A model generated the notes under the pieces. The model made no database searches, was not told the origin of the DNA, and saw only the letters and a list, made by a program, of their open reading frames with translations. Shown in pieces: positions 43,201-50,500 of a stretch of 64,000 nucleotides of DNA. Source of the DNA: Clostridia bacterium (GTDB lineage Bacteria > Bacillota > Clostridia > Christensenellales > CAG-138); contig JAFXVP010000072.1 of the NCBI GenBank assembly GCA_017524445.1, forward strand, positions 15,183-79,182, read 5' to 3'. A program made the translations under genes and the position numbers. Position 1 is the first letter of the stretch; every line of letters starts with the position of its first letter.

Positions 43201-46180
43201 AGCCGAACTGTTCGGCTGCCCGGTTGAACATGGAAACAACGGTCGCGCCCGTATCATAGTCAAAGGTGCGGTCGTTCCACGACGCAAGCAGCTTCCGCTG
43301 CGCTTCGCTTGCCGGCGAGATCTCGCCGACCGTCTCGCAGCGCAGCATCCGCACGAGCACGTTCTCGTAACTTTCGAGGATCGTACGGATCATTTCTTCG
43401 GAATAGAGATCGCTGCGGTATTCGGCGCGGATGTTGTAAACGCCGCCCTGCTTGTACATCTGGATCGTGATCTTCTCACCGGTCGCGTTGTCCATCAGCG
43501 GGATCCGCTCGATCGGCGTACCGGAAAATCCGCCGACGTTCAGCACGTCACCCTGATACACAAACAGCAGATCGCTGGTCACGCCGGTCTCCGCGGCCAG
43601 ATCGGCGAACGGATACGCGTCGTGCGCCATGCAGCCGAGCATCTGTGCCTTCGCGTTTTCGAGGTATGTGACGATCGGCATCTGTGCGTCGAACGAGGAC
43701 CACACCGGCAGCGTCCGCACCAGCATAGCCACCGTCCGCGCGGTGCGCAGGGAATCACGCCCGTTATAGATCGTTGCGAACAGGGCTTCTTTCGCGCCGG
43801 AGAACAGCCCCGCGCAAAGGCCGAACGCGGCTGTTGCGTAGATGTTTTCGGTAACGCCCGCCTCCCGGCAGAACGCCTCGGCTTCCACCGCTTCCAGCGC
43901 AAGCGCACGCTCAACCGTTCCGAACGACGGCGTCGGCTCGTAACGGTCACGGATCGGCAGACTGTCGAGATCAAGCGCGCCGAAGATGTTCAGATACCAG
44001 TCTTTTGATTCGTCATAGCTCTTTGCGCGCTTTTCCGCCTCGTCCTCCGCCACCTCGAAACCGCCGTAGCGCTCCGTCTCCGGCGTTTCGCCGTTGTATG
44101 CGCGTTCCAGATCGTTGAGCAGCACCAGCATGGAGGAGCCGTCGAAAATGATGTGATGGAAATCCATGAACAGATAGGTCGTCCGTTCCGTCCGGATGAC
44201 GCGAATGCGGAACAGGCGGTCCTTCAGAAGTCGGAACGGCTGCATCAGCTTCGGCTGCAGCGCCGCAAACTGCGCCTCCGTCATTTGTTCGACCGCCTGT
44301 GTATACGGTTCTTCGTCGTTGCGGTTCTGCCACGGGTTGCCCTCCGTGTCCACCGTAATACGCATCTTGATGAACGGATGCGCCGTCACCGCCGCTTCGA
44401 CCGCACGGCACAGACGTCCCGGTTCGATCGTCGGATCGAGCTTCAGCAAAATCGGATTGTTGTAAACCGCTTCCCCGTCATGCTGCATCGACGCGACATA
44501 GATGCCGATCTGTGCGTCGGACAGCGGATAACGGTCCTTCTTTTCGCGCAGCTTTGCCTTGCCGCTGCCGATGAGAAGCGCGGCGATCGCACGCGGCGTT
44601 CTTGCCGCATAGATCTGTTTGGTCGTAAGATCCAGTTCCGGGCATGCCGTTGCAAGCTTCATGACACGGATGCTGTCGCCGCCCAGCCGGAAGAAATCAT
44701 CGTCGATCCCGATCGGACGGACGCCGAGACTCTCCTCAAACGCACGGCACAGCAGCGCTTCCGTTTCGTTTTCAGGCGCGGCATAGTCCGCGCGCTGCTC
44801 CGCAAAGTCGGGATCCGGCAGAGACTTGCGATCCTCCTTGCCGTTACTGTTCAGCGGCAGTGTGTCAAGATGCACATAAACAGACGGAACCATGTAGGCG
44901 GCAAGCCGCTTTTCGAGCGCGGCGCGGATCACCTCTTCGGTCTGCGTCCCGGTAAACCATGCGCACAGGAGCGTCTGCCCGTCCGGTGAACGAACGCCCT
45001 TGACGACCGCGGTGTCGACGCCGTCGACCTCGCGCATTGCCATTTCGATCTCGCCCGGTTCTACGCGCTGCCCGTTGATCTTCAGCATCCAGTCCTTGCG
45101 GTTGATGTACACCAGATTCCCGTCCGGCAATTCTTTCAGAATGTCGCCCGTATGCAGCCAGCCGTCGCGATAGAGCTTTGCGGTTGCGTCCGGATCCTTG
45201 AAATATCCCTTTGTAAAGACGCCGCGGACGCACATTTCCCCTTCCTCGCCCTTCGGAACGGGGTTGCCGTCTTCGCCGAGGATGCACCACTCGATGTGCT
45301 CCTTCGGAATGCCGACCGGCGTCGTTTCGAACGGCTGTTCCACAAGATAGGCGCACAGCGTGCCGAGCGTTTCGCTCATACCGTAGTTGTTCCAGAGCTT
45401 ATAACCGTCCTTGCCGTACTGCCCGGTCAACCGCTCGCTGCCGGTAAACACGAGTCCGAGCGTAGTCGAACGGTTGTGGAAATTCCGAAGTACGGCGGGA
45501 CTGATAAACGCTACCGTGATGCCGTGCCGCTCGATATAATCCTCCAGAAGGCGCACGTCGCGGTTCGTTTCATGGCTGATCAGATGCACCGTACCGCCGC
45601 CCATCAGTACCTTAAAGACCGACATGCCTGCGACAAAATAGAACGGCGCCCCCATTGCCCATACCGCGGACGGTCCGTACGAGCCCGTGAACGCCTTCGG
45701 GAGCGTGAACTTTAGCCCCGCAAACGAATGCAGGATGCCCTTCGGCGCGCCTGTGGAGCCGGACGTATATAAAAGGATCGCCGTATCATCGTCGGTCGAT
45801 TCCGGGCAGAGCGCCGGATCGACCGGTTCGCACGCAAGGATCTCTTCGAGCGCGGTTTCGTCGATGATGAACGGCGCGTCGCAATGCAGCGAGATATACC
45901 GCACACGCTCCTGCGGAAAGGTATCCCCCATCGGCACGGCGATGTGTCCGGCAAGCAGGACGCCAACTTCCACAGCGGCATATTCCATCGATGCAGGCAA
46001 ACGGATCGGAATGAACGCGCGTTCCGAAAGCCCTTTTTCGAGCAGCCATGCCGCGGTCTTCCGAACAAGCGTGCCGAAGGTGCGATAATCGGTGCGGCGC
46101 GTTCCGTTTCTGTCGCAGATCGCAACCGAATCCGCAAAGGTCTCGGTCGCGGTCAGAATCTTTTCGAGATACAGGTGCAT
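37274..46180 (-). CDS. Trimodular non-ribosomal peptide synthetase, A-T-C-A-T-C-A-T-R (terminal thioester reductase)
   Basis: 2968 aa, RBS AGGAGG. Three A-domain cores (LLYTSGSTGAPKG, LLYTSGSTGVPKG, LIYTSGSTGKPKG). Carrier motifs FFRLGGDSI, GLTSLGT, FFELGGTSL. Two condensation motifs (HHIIFDGSS, HHLVFDGFS). C-terminal SDR-type reductase VLVTGATGYLGIHV (encoded near 38330-38375) continuing to the stop. Confidence 0.9.
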   Translation of the reverse strand: MHLYLEKILTATETFADSVAICDRNGTRRTDYRTFGTLVRKTAAWLLEKGLSERAFIPIRLPASMEYAAVEVGVLLAGHIAVPMGDTFPQERVRYISLHCDAPFIIDETALEEILACEPVDPALCPESTDDDTAILLYTSGSTGAPKGILHSFAGLKFTLPKAFTGSYGPSAVWAMGAPFYFVAGMSVFKVLMGGGTVHLISHETNRDVRLLEDYIERHGITVAFISPAVLRNFHNRSTTLGLVFTGSERLTGQYGKDGYKLWNNYGMSETLGTLCAYLVEQPFETTPVGIPKEHIEWCILGEDGNPVPKGEEGEMCVRGVFTKGYFKDPDATAKLYRDGWLHTGDILKELPDGNLVYINRKDWMLKINGQRVEPGEIEMAMREVDGVDTAVVKGVRSPDGQTLLCAWFTGTQTEEVIRAALEKRLAAYMVPSVYVHLDTLPLNSNGKEDRKSLPDPDFAEQRADYAAPENETEALLCRAFEESLGVRPIGIDDDFFRLGGDSIRVMKLATACPELDLTTKQIYAARTPRAIAALLIGSGKAKLREKKDRYPLSDAQIGIYVASMQHDGEAVYNNPILLKLDPTIEPGRLCRAVEAAVTAHPFIKMRITVDTEGNPWQNRNDEEPYTQAVEQMTEAQFAALQPKLMQPFRLLKDRLFRIRVIRTERTTYLFMDFHHIIFDGSSMLVLLNDLERAYNGETPETERYGGFEVAEDEAEKRAKSYDESKDWYLNIFGALDLDSLPIRDRYEPTPSFGTVERALALEAVEAEAFCREAGVTENIYATAAFGLCAGLFSGAKEALFATIYNGRDSLRTARTVAMLVRTLPVWSSFDAQMPIVTYLENAKAQMLGCMAHDAYPFADLAAETGVTSDLLFVYQGDVLNVGGFSGTPIERIPLMDNATGEKITIQMYKQGGVYNIRAEYRSDLYSEEMIRTILESYENVLVRMLRCETVGEISPASEAQRKLLASWNDRTFDYDTGATVVSMFNRAAEQFGSSVAVIDEDGEMTYSELDRRTDALAAHLQQFGLGRGDVVSVLIPRGRYQAITFLGALKAGCAYQPLDGTYPAERLNFMVRDAAAKLLITTEELGEHITEYDGRRLTIREIEALPDGTPKAVCKPEDLFILLYTSGSTGVPKGVRLTHANLVSFIEWYRRFYALTPLDRVGQYASYGFDACMMDMYPALCSGAAVCIVPEEMRYDLETMNRFFAERRVSLAFLTTQVGRQFAAEMENPYLRALSVGGEKLASMEPPKTYAFYNAYGPTECTIFSTIYPVTRSEENIPIGRPLENVKCYVVDAFGHQLPAGAIGELLIAGPNVGDGYLNRPEKTAEVFIDNPFDGGIWARAYRTGDIVRYRSDGEIEFIGRRDGQVKIHGFRIELTEIEAVIREFPSVRDVTVNAIDLGADGKSIAAYVVGDAPIDTEALKQYIGERKPPYMIPAAFVQLDKIPLTPNGKVNRRALPKPELPAVGAEDDTHEDNALEAALREIVGQAINAPHPPLGTQLAWLGLTSLGTIRLSAWLFKRFDVKFDAKELGTITIREIEDRILDQWMNGSSAQNAQTEEITEAELSAAQQGIYVDCMKEPDSTAYNIPSVLTFDPSTDPDALAAAVRSVIDAHRSVDVHFEIRNDRVTSVRNTEPYKIPVREMTEEECEALRKTFVMPFRLGQGPLFRFTVVRTPAAVRLFSDFHHLVFDGFSFNIFLKDLGEALNGAAVERESASYAFFAREQKALLEGTQAEETKAYLNDLFADYESATELTGDIPGKGMGSKKAYAVHPLREKDLQSACTRCRVTEAGFLLAALDYTLARLTASDHVYIATISSGRSDIRFSDTFGMFVNTLPLAAKLDDGTVDEFIKTVSDGLEQAIAHENHPFAQVAADWGFTPQVMYEYQRGILEKPAIPGILKAEGLEPDRAKFKMTVRIEDGKEGPQIAVEYNDALYSAGLMREFVRSYAITVEKLAAFGRRKLRSISLLDESRQAQIDAFRRVDDPTVIAPETRYQSGLERFAKQTPDHPALIACDASYTYAALDAAANRVANALIARGVRPGGKIVLLLPRTSRVIISLFGVLKSGCAYIPCDPKYPVERVRHILEDSGASLVITDRERLARFTDMPAVDAETLLEEPNETRPDVAIAPDDLAYLIYTSGSTGKPKGVMLTHRGIVNYMTDAPANILVHAYCEEGHTITGVTTLSFDMSVKEFAVTLFNGLTFVLASDNECNDANALAVRMTETNTDLFQATPSRLMTLLESKAFREALSRCRIIVCAGEKYPDSLLKRLQTAFSARIFNTYGPTEITVSCNIRELTHDASVSVGRPLLNVTEFIVDSDGNEVPVGVVGELYIGGPGVAKGYHNLPEMTAERFRTYQGIRIYCSGDFARWTEDGNVEILGRKDNQIKLRGLRIELGEVESVLSAVPGITRCAVKIDKINGIEHLCAWFTADHAVDIGALKKELGRTLTNYMVPTAYMQLDAMPITPNGKLDLKNLPAPQLYRADNGAKAASETEKAICRIFSELLHVEDVGAEENFFELGGTSLLVTNVIIAAQKQGLAVSFADVFAHPTARELAQHLGDTDTVKTVEEDDPEITGYDYTEIRKLLDENTLERFRAGTRRELGNVLVTGATGYLGIHVVHELIEKETGRIYCLLRGRRGIDAVKRLKGMLFYYFDNSYEELFGTRILPIDGDVTDAHVLDPIGPGEVQTVINCAAVVKHFSSGTLLEDVNLGGVRNLISFCKRTGAALVQTSTMSTVTSIYKDKIPDGLVVREQMLYFGQLLDNKYVRSKFLAERAVLEAAARDGLHTKIIRLGNLAARYSDGEFQANFQTNSAMGRLHAFQMLGCYSYEQADLTMEFSPIDAVAEAVVALSRTPEESRVFHAFNHQQVLFNAIFSEMGKLGMPVRAVESDVFAKAFAEAESDPKKAQELTSIMAYRNAPGSRETVMMPRHNEYTMQVLYRLGFNWPVTTWDYIDRFIRALKGLGYFS

Positions 46181-46207
46181 GATGGGAACCTCCTGAATAA
46201 GTATCTT

Positions 46208-46849
46208 TTACGGTTCATATTGTTCCGTTCGTCCCGGAAAGGGATCATAAGGCGAACAAACAGTCAGTACATGATCGTCAATCGATCGGGTGAAAAAGCG
46301 AAGCGACACGCAGTCATAGCGCGCACACCGGGCGACGACACGCGTTCCGAATGAAACACGGATCTCCTTAGGATCGAGCGAAAGTCCCGTCCCGAACAGC
46401 TTCATCAGACTCTCTTTCACGGTCCACAGCGCCGTATAAAAGCGCTCCCGATCGCCGTCCGGCGCAGCGGCAAGCTCTTCCGGCAGAAACACGCGGCGCA
46501 GCACGTCCTCTTCGAACGGACGGATCGGCTCCACGTCAATGCCGACCGGCTTATCGGACACCGCGATCGCCGCAATGCGTCCGCCGTGCGACAGGTTGAA
46601 CCAGATATCGTCACGATCGCGAAGGTACGGCTTTCCGTACGGCCCATACGCGATCTCCGCGTTTGGAACGCCTGCCCGTTTCAATCCCTCGCAAAGCAGA
46701 AGTCCCGCGCAGAGCGACAGCCGCCGGTCCCGTTCAAACCGGAACGACCGGATTTTTTGCTGACGTTCGGAAGGCATGCTGTCAAACGCGCGGCTGAACG
46801 TTCCCGGATCGGAAACCGCGTCCGCATACATCCACAGCACCACGTTCAT
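46208..46849 (-). CDS. Sfp-type 4'-phosphopantetheinyl transferase
   Basis: 213 aa, RBS AAGGAGG. GKPYLRD...FNLSHGG...VGIDVEPI...WTVKESLMKLFGTG are the PPTase motifs. 27 nt upstream of the NRPS. Confidence 0.85.
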   Translation of the reverse strand: MNVVLWMYADAVSDPGTFSRAFDSMPSERQQKIRSFRFERDRRLSLCAGLLLCEGLKRAGVPNAEIAYGPYGKPYLRDRDDIWFNLSHGGRIAAIAVSDKPVGIDVEPIRPFEEDVLRRVFLPEELAAAPDGDRERFYTALWTVKESLMKLFGTGLSLDPKEIRVSFGTRVVARCARYDCVSLRFFTRSIDDHVLTVCSPYDPFPGRTEQYEP

Positions 46850-46899
46850 GCCGACCTCCTTCGTCCGGGCGGATCGCCAAAATATATTCTTTCGAGTAT

Positions 46900-46928
46900 A
46901 TTATACAATCTAAAACGAACGGCGACAA
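46900..46928 (-). promoter_or_regulatory. Promoter of the PPTase-NRPS-MATE operon
   Basis: Minus strand: TTGTCG (46928-46923), 17-nt spacer, TATAAT (46905-46900), about 50 nt upstream of the PPTase start. Confidence 0.5.
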
Positions 46929-47026
46929 GAACTATTCTTCTTTTTCTTTCACATGATTATTTTATGGCACGATGTGGCGTTTTTTCCGGCGCGGCGAATA
47001 GCGGATAACGGTTATGAACAGCATTT

Positions 47027-47062
47027 AACCTCTTTTGACCAATCAGTCAAAAGAGGTTAATA
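47027..47062. promoter_or_regulatory. Perfect 15-bp inverted repeat (TTAACCTCTTTTGAC-caatca-GTCAAAAGAGGTTAA), operator-like
   Basis: Read directly from the sequence. No flanking T-run on either strand, so it is unlikely to be a terminator. It lies ~100 nt upstream of the NRPS-operon promoter. Confidence 0.5.
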
Positions 47063-47104
47063 TCTATGTATCAAAATAAGCGTCCCAATACGGAAAATCA
47101 CAGT

Positions 47105-47166
47105 GATTTTGATACAAATGCACCCACGACAAAATCCGGGTGCATCTTTGGATTATGGGTGCATCC
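47105..47166. repeat. REP-like hairpin repeat, copy B
   Basis: attttgatacaaATGCACCCacgacaaaatCCGGGTGCATctttggattatgggtgcatcc parallels 61514-61575. Confidence 0.75.
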
Positions 47167-47192
47167 TAAGCGAAATCTCATCTGATTATGTG

Positions 47193-47322
47193 ATCAGGGC
47201 CCGGAATAATGCCGCTTTTCGGCAAATGCAATCAGAGATAAAGCAGGGCGAAGCCAAATGGCTTCGCCCTGCTGCTTTGTGCGCTTTAACGCTTATCCTT
47301 TGTTGATCGTGTCGGGATCGTA
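47193..47322. repeat. Direct repeat, right copy (degenerate remnant of SpoIIE 3-prime end + terminator hairpin + intact 3-prime end of the small-peptide gene)
   Basis: See 35372-35495. Here gatcagggcccggaataa mimics the SpoIIE terminal codons ..tatcggggcgcggaataa, while the peptide-gene end is intact. Confidence 0.85.
47242..47273 (-). terminator. Strong hairpin terminator ending the ABC / giant-protein / peptide operon
   Basis: AGCAGGGCGAAGCC-aaat-GGCTTCGCCCTGCT, a 14-bp perfect stem. It starts 20 nt after the peptide stop and is followed on the minus strand by TTATCTCTGATT. Confidence 0.7.
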
Positions 47323-47466
47323 GTCATGCTCGTCAACGGGCGGGACCTCGTCCCATTCGCCAGCGCCGGTGATCTTCTTGAGATCCTCGAACGCGACTTC
47401 TTCCGGTTCGATCTTCATTTCTTCGGCGACCGCTTCCGGTGCCTTCTTTTCCTTCTTGCGTTCCAT
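47293..47466 (-). CDS. 57-aa precursor peptide with double-glycine-type leader (absent from the ORF track)
   Basis: Hand translation: MERKKEKKAPEAVAEEMKIEPEEVAFEDLKKITGA|GEWDEVPPVDEHDYDPDTINKG. RBS AAAGGAG 8 nt before the ATG at 47466. It lies 46 nt downstream of the giant gene and is followed by a strong terminator. V-xxx-DL-xx-I-x-GA matches the leader consensus recognised by C39 peptidase ABC exporters. Confidence 0.6.
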   Translation of the reverse strand: MERKKEKKAPEAVAEEMKIEPEEVAFEDLKKITGAGEWDEVPPVDEHDYDPDTINKG

Positions 47467-47512
47467 TTTGTATGCTCCTTTCTTTTCGGATTGCTTATTT
47501 CAGTTCAACCGT

Positions 47513-50500
47513 TTACGGCTGCTGTACGGGGAACACGTTAATCAGACCGACCACGTAGCGCAGGATCGCCGCCGCGTCCGCCGCGGTAACGCTGCCGTCG
47601 CCGTCGACTTCCGCATTCAGTGCGCCGCGCTTTGTGATCGTCGACAGTCCGACGATTGAGCGCAGGACGATTGCCGCGTCTGCTGCCGTGATATATCCGT
47701 CGACATTCGCGTCGCCGTACAGGATCGCTTCGAAGGTGATGCTGCCGTCCGTTGTCGCTGCTGTCAGTTCAACGACCGTTCCCTCTGTTGCAAATCCCAT
47801 TGCGCTGCCGTTTCCGAGCGTGTTTTCGGTGAACGTGATGTCCGTCTTCTCCGCTTCGCCGATCTTGGCGAACCAGAGCGTCAGCACTTCGTCGCCGTTC
47901 TCAACAAGCTGTTCGGTTTCGGACGCCCAGACTGCGGAGAGCTTGCCGTTCTGATCGTTGACCGTCCAGTCAAATGCACCTTCCGTCTTGCGTAGCACGA
48001 GGACCGCGGGATCATACTCGAGGAAGATCTGCGCGCTGCTCACATAGGAGCCGCCCTCCGGCAGATCCTCAACGTGTACGTCGTAGCGATACAGGATCTC
48101 GCCGTCGATGATCTCGTATTCGTCGTTGCCGACGACGTCTTCGCCGGCGAACGTCACGGCAGTCGGCGCTTCGGGCTGCGGCTTGGGCGTGACGGTGATC
48201 GTTGCCTGTACCGTCGTACCGGTTGCTACATGCGTCGCGTAGAGCGTCGTTGTGCCTCCGCCGATACCGAGCACCTTGCCGTCGCTGATCTGCGCGATTT
48301 CGAGGTCCTCGACCGTATATGCTACTTCGGCGCTGTTGCCGAACTTGCTGCCGAGATCCATTGCAAAGACGATATCCGCGGTTTCATCTTCCTTGACCAT
48401 GACGTCCTCGAGCGTCATGTTCATCGGCTGCGTCTGCACAAAGCAGTCATATGCAATGTCGCCGATGAATTGACGACCGGTGTAGTCGATATCATCATAG
48501 GTCTCGACGTATTCTCTCGTGACGGCGAACGAAGCGTCGATGAAGCCGTAGCGCTGCACCATTTCGATCGTGACCGGGACTGCGACGTCGATCTCGCGGG
48601 TCTCGCCCGGCTGGATCGGCGTCTCGAACGGCACGTGTACCAGCGTAAGCGCATCTTCGTCGACATCCATGATCAGGTTCTCGGGGCCCTTCCAATCGAT
48701 CGTCAGCATGTCGCCCGCATCGGACGGCGCGTTGCCGACGTTGGTGATCTCGAACGAGGCACGGAAGCCGTCGTTGGTCTGATAGGTCACGATGTTCTCA
48801 ATGCGGTAATCCGGATCGGAAAGCAGGGGCTCGGAGACGTACTCCGCCGTGTTGGTAAAGTAGACGCCCTCCTCCTTGAGCTCCTTCGTGACCGCCTTGA
48901 ACGTCAGTCCTTCAACGTTGTCGGGCATCGTATACGCGAATTCGTGGATCCTTGCGTTGTTCGGACGCAGCGCATCGGTCGATTCGATCGTGCCGATCTG
49001 CGTTTCGGTTCCGTTCTTATCCACCGCATACAGCGTCAGCATATAGCCCGGCGCCGTGGTCAGACCGTTGTTGGACGCCTTGACTGTGATGACGGTATCC
49101 TCGCCGCCGATCGGATGATCGAGCGTCAGAGCGGATGCCTCGCCGTCCTCGTTGGGCTGCCGGATTTCGATCTCCTCGGGTTCGACTGCGCCGCAGGGCT
49201 CCATCACGGTCGCAGCCAGCGTCATTTCGGTGATCACAAGCGGGTCAAAGTCGACTTCGCCGTTGTAGTTGATGCCGTCCTCGGCAGGGGTATCCGTCTC
49301 CGGAATGACCAGCTCCTGCCTGAAGCGGTTGTGGACCACCATGAGGTTCTCGCCCGTCATGGTGACGGCGAGCTCGTCGTTGAAGTATCCGTCTCTGGTG
49401 AGCTGATACGGCTTCGACCAGCCGGTGCTGCCGAGATCTGCGTCGGGCGCGTCGGCCTCCTCGTCGGTCAACACCCTGCCGCTGGAGATCAGGCTCGTTG
49501 CAAAGATCTCCTGCGAAACGGCCGCGTTCTCATCCGCCGGATCGCCGTCGACAACGGTGTCGGTCCAAAGAATGAACAAGCTGCCGTTGGCGTCCTCGAC
49601 CACGCGGTAGTCTGCGGACTGTCTGGATTCGTTGCCGTCCTTGGGTCTCAAACCGGTCTCGATGGGATCCGCGTAGGTCGAATCGCCGCCGTCGCCCTTG
49701 ATCTTCAGCGTGCCGTCCGGATTGATGCCCTGCTGCATAAGCTGCGTGACGTCGATGTAGACGACGCCTTTGTTGTCGCGGTACCAGAACAGCTTGGTGT
49801 GCGTCGCTTCCTCCTCCGTGCTGAGCTGCGCGTCCCTGGAGCGGAAGAACTGCGGCAGCGTGTCCGCCACGTTGTCGTCGGTGATGCGGATACGGTACTT
49901 CGTCTCATGCTGCTCGAAGTTGTAGACCTGCAGATACAGCTCCTTGTCTTCGTAGGTGTCGTTGCTGCCGTCCATATCCACGGTGTAGGCATAGACCGCA
50001 AGACCGTTGTAGCCGATCGCCGTGAAGTCCGGGATCGCATATGCGACCGTGCTGCCGTTCTCATCCGTGTACGTCGGACCTGCCAGCGAGCGCTGACCGC
50101 CGAAGTTTTCGATCATGTACTGTTCGTTTTCAAGATTGCCGTGGAACTCGGCAAAGTAGAAGTTGTTGAAGAGCCACCCTTCGGGAACCACTCTGCCGTC
50201 CGTATCGACGTCCTCTTCCGCGTTGTAGATCATGTAGAACACGCGGCAGTCATTGACGTACGGGTTCGCGAGCGTCGCGCCGTCCATGGTGGTGTTGCCG
50301 CTCTTGACGTAGTAGACGATCGCGTCGCCGCTGATCTTGTCGCAGACTACGGTCGGCATGCAGTCGTAATAGCCCTTCTCGACGCCGTCCTTGATGCGAT
50401 GGTCGTTGGTGATCTTGACCGGCTCGTCCATCGTGATCGAACCGTCCTCGCCGATTGTCGCAAGCGCCGCATAGACTTCCATGCTGTTCAGGTAGTCCGT

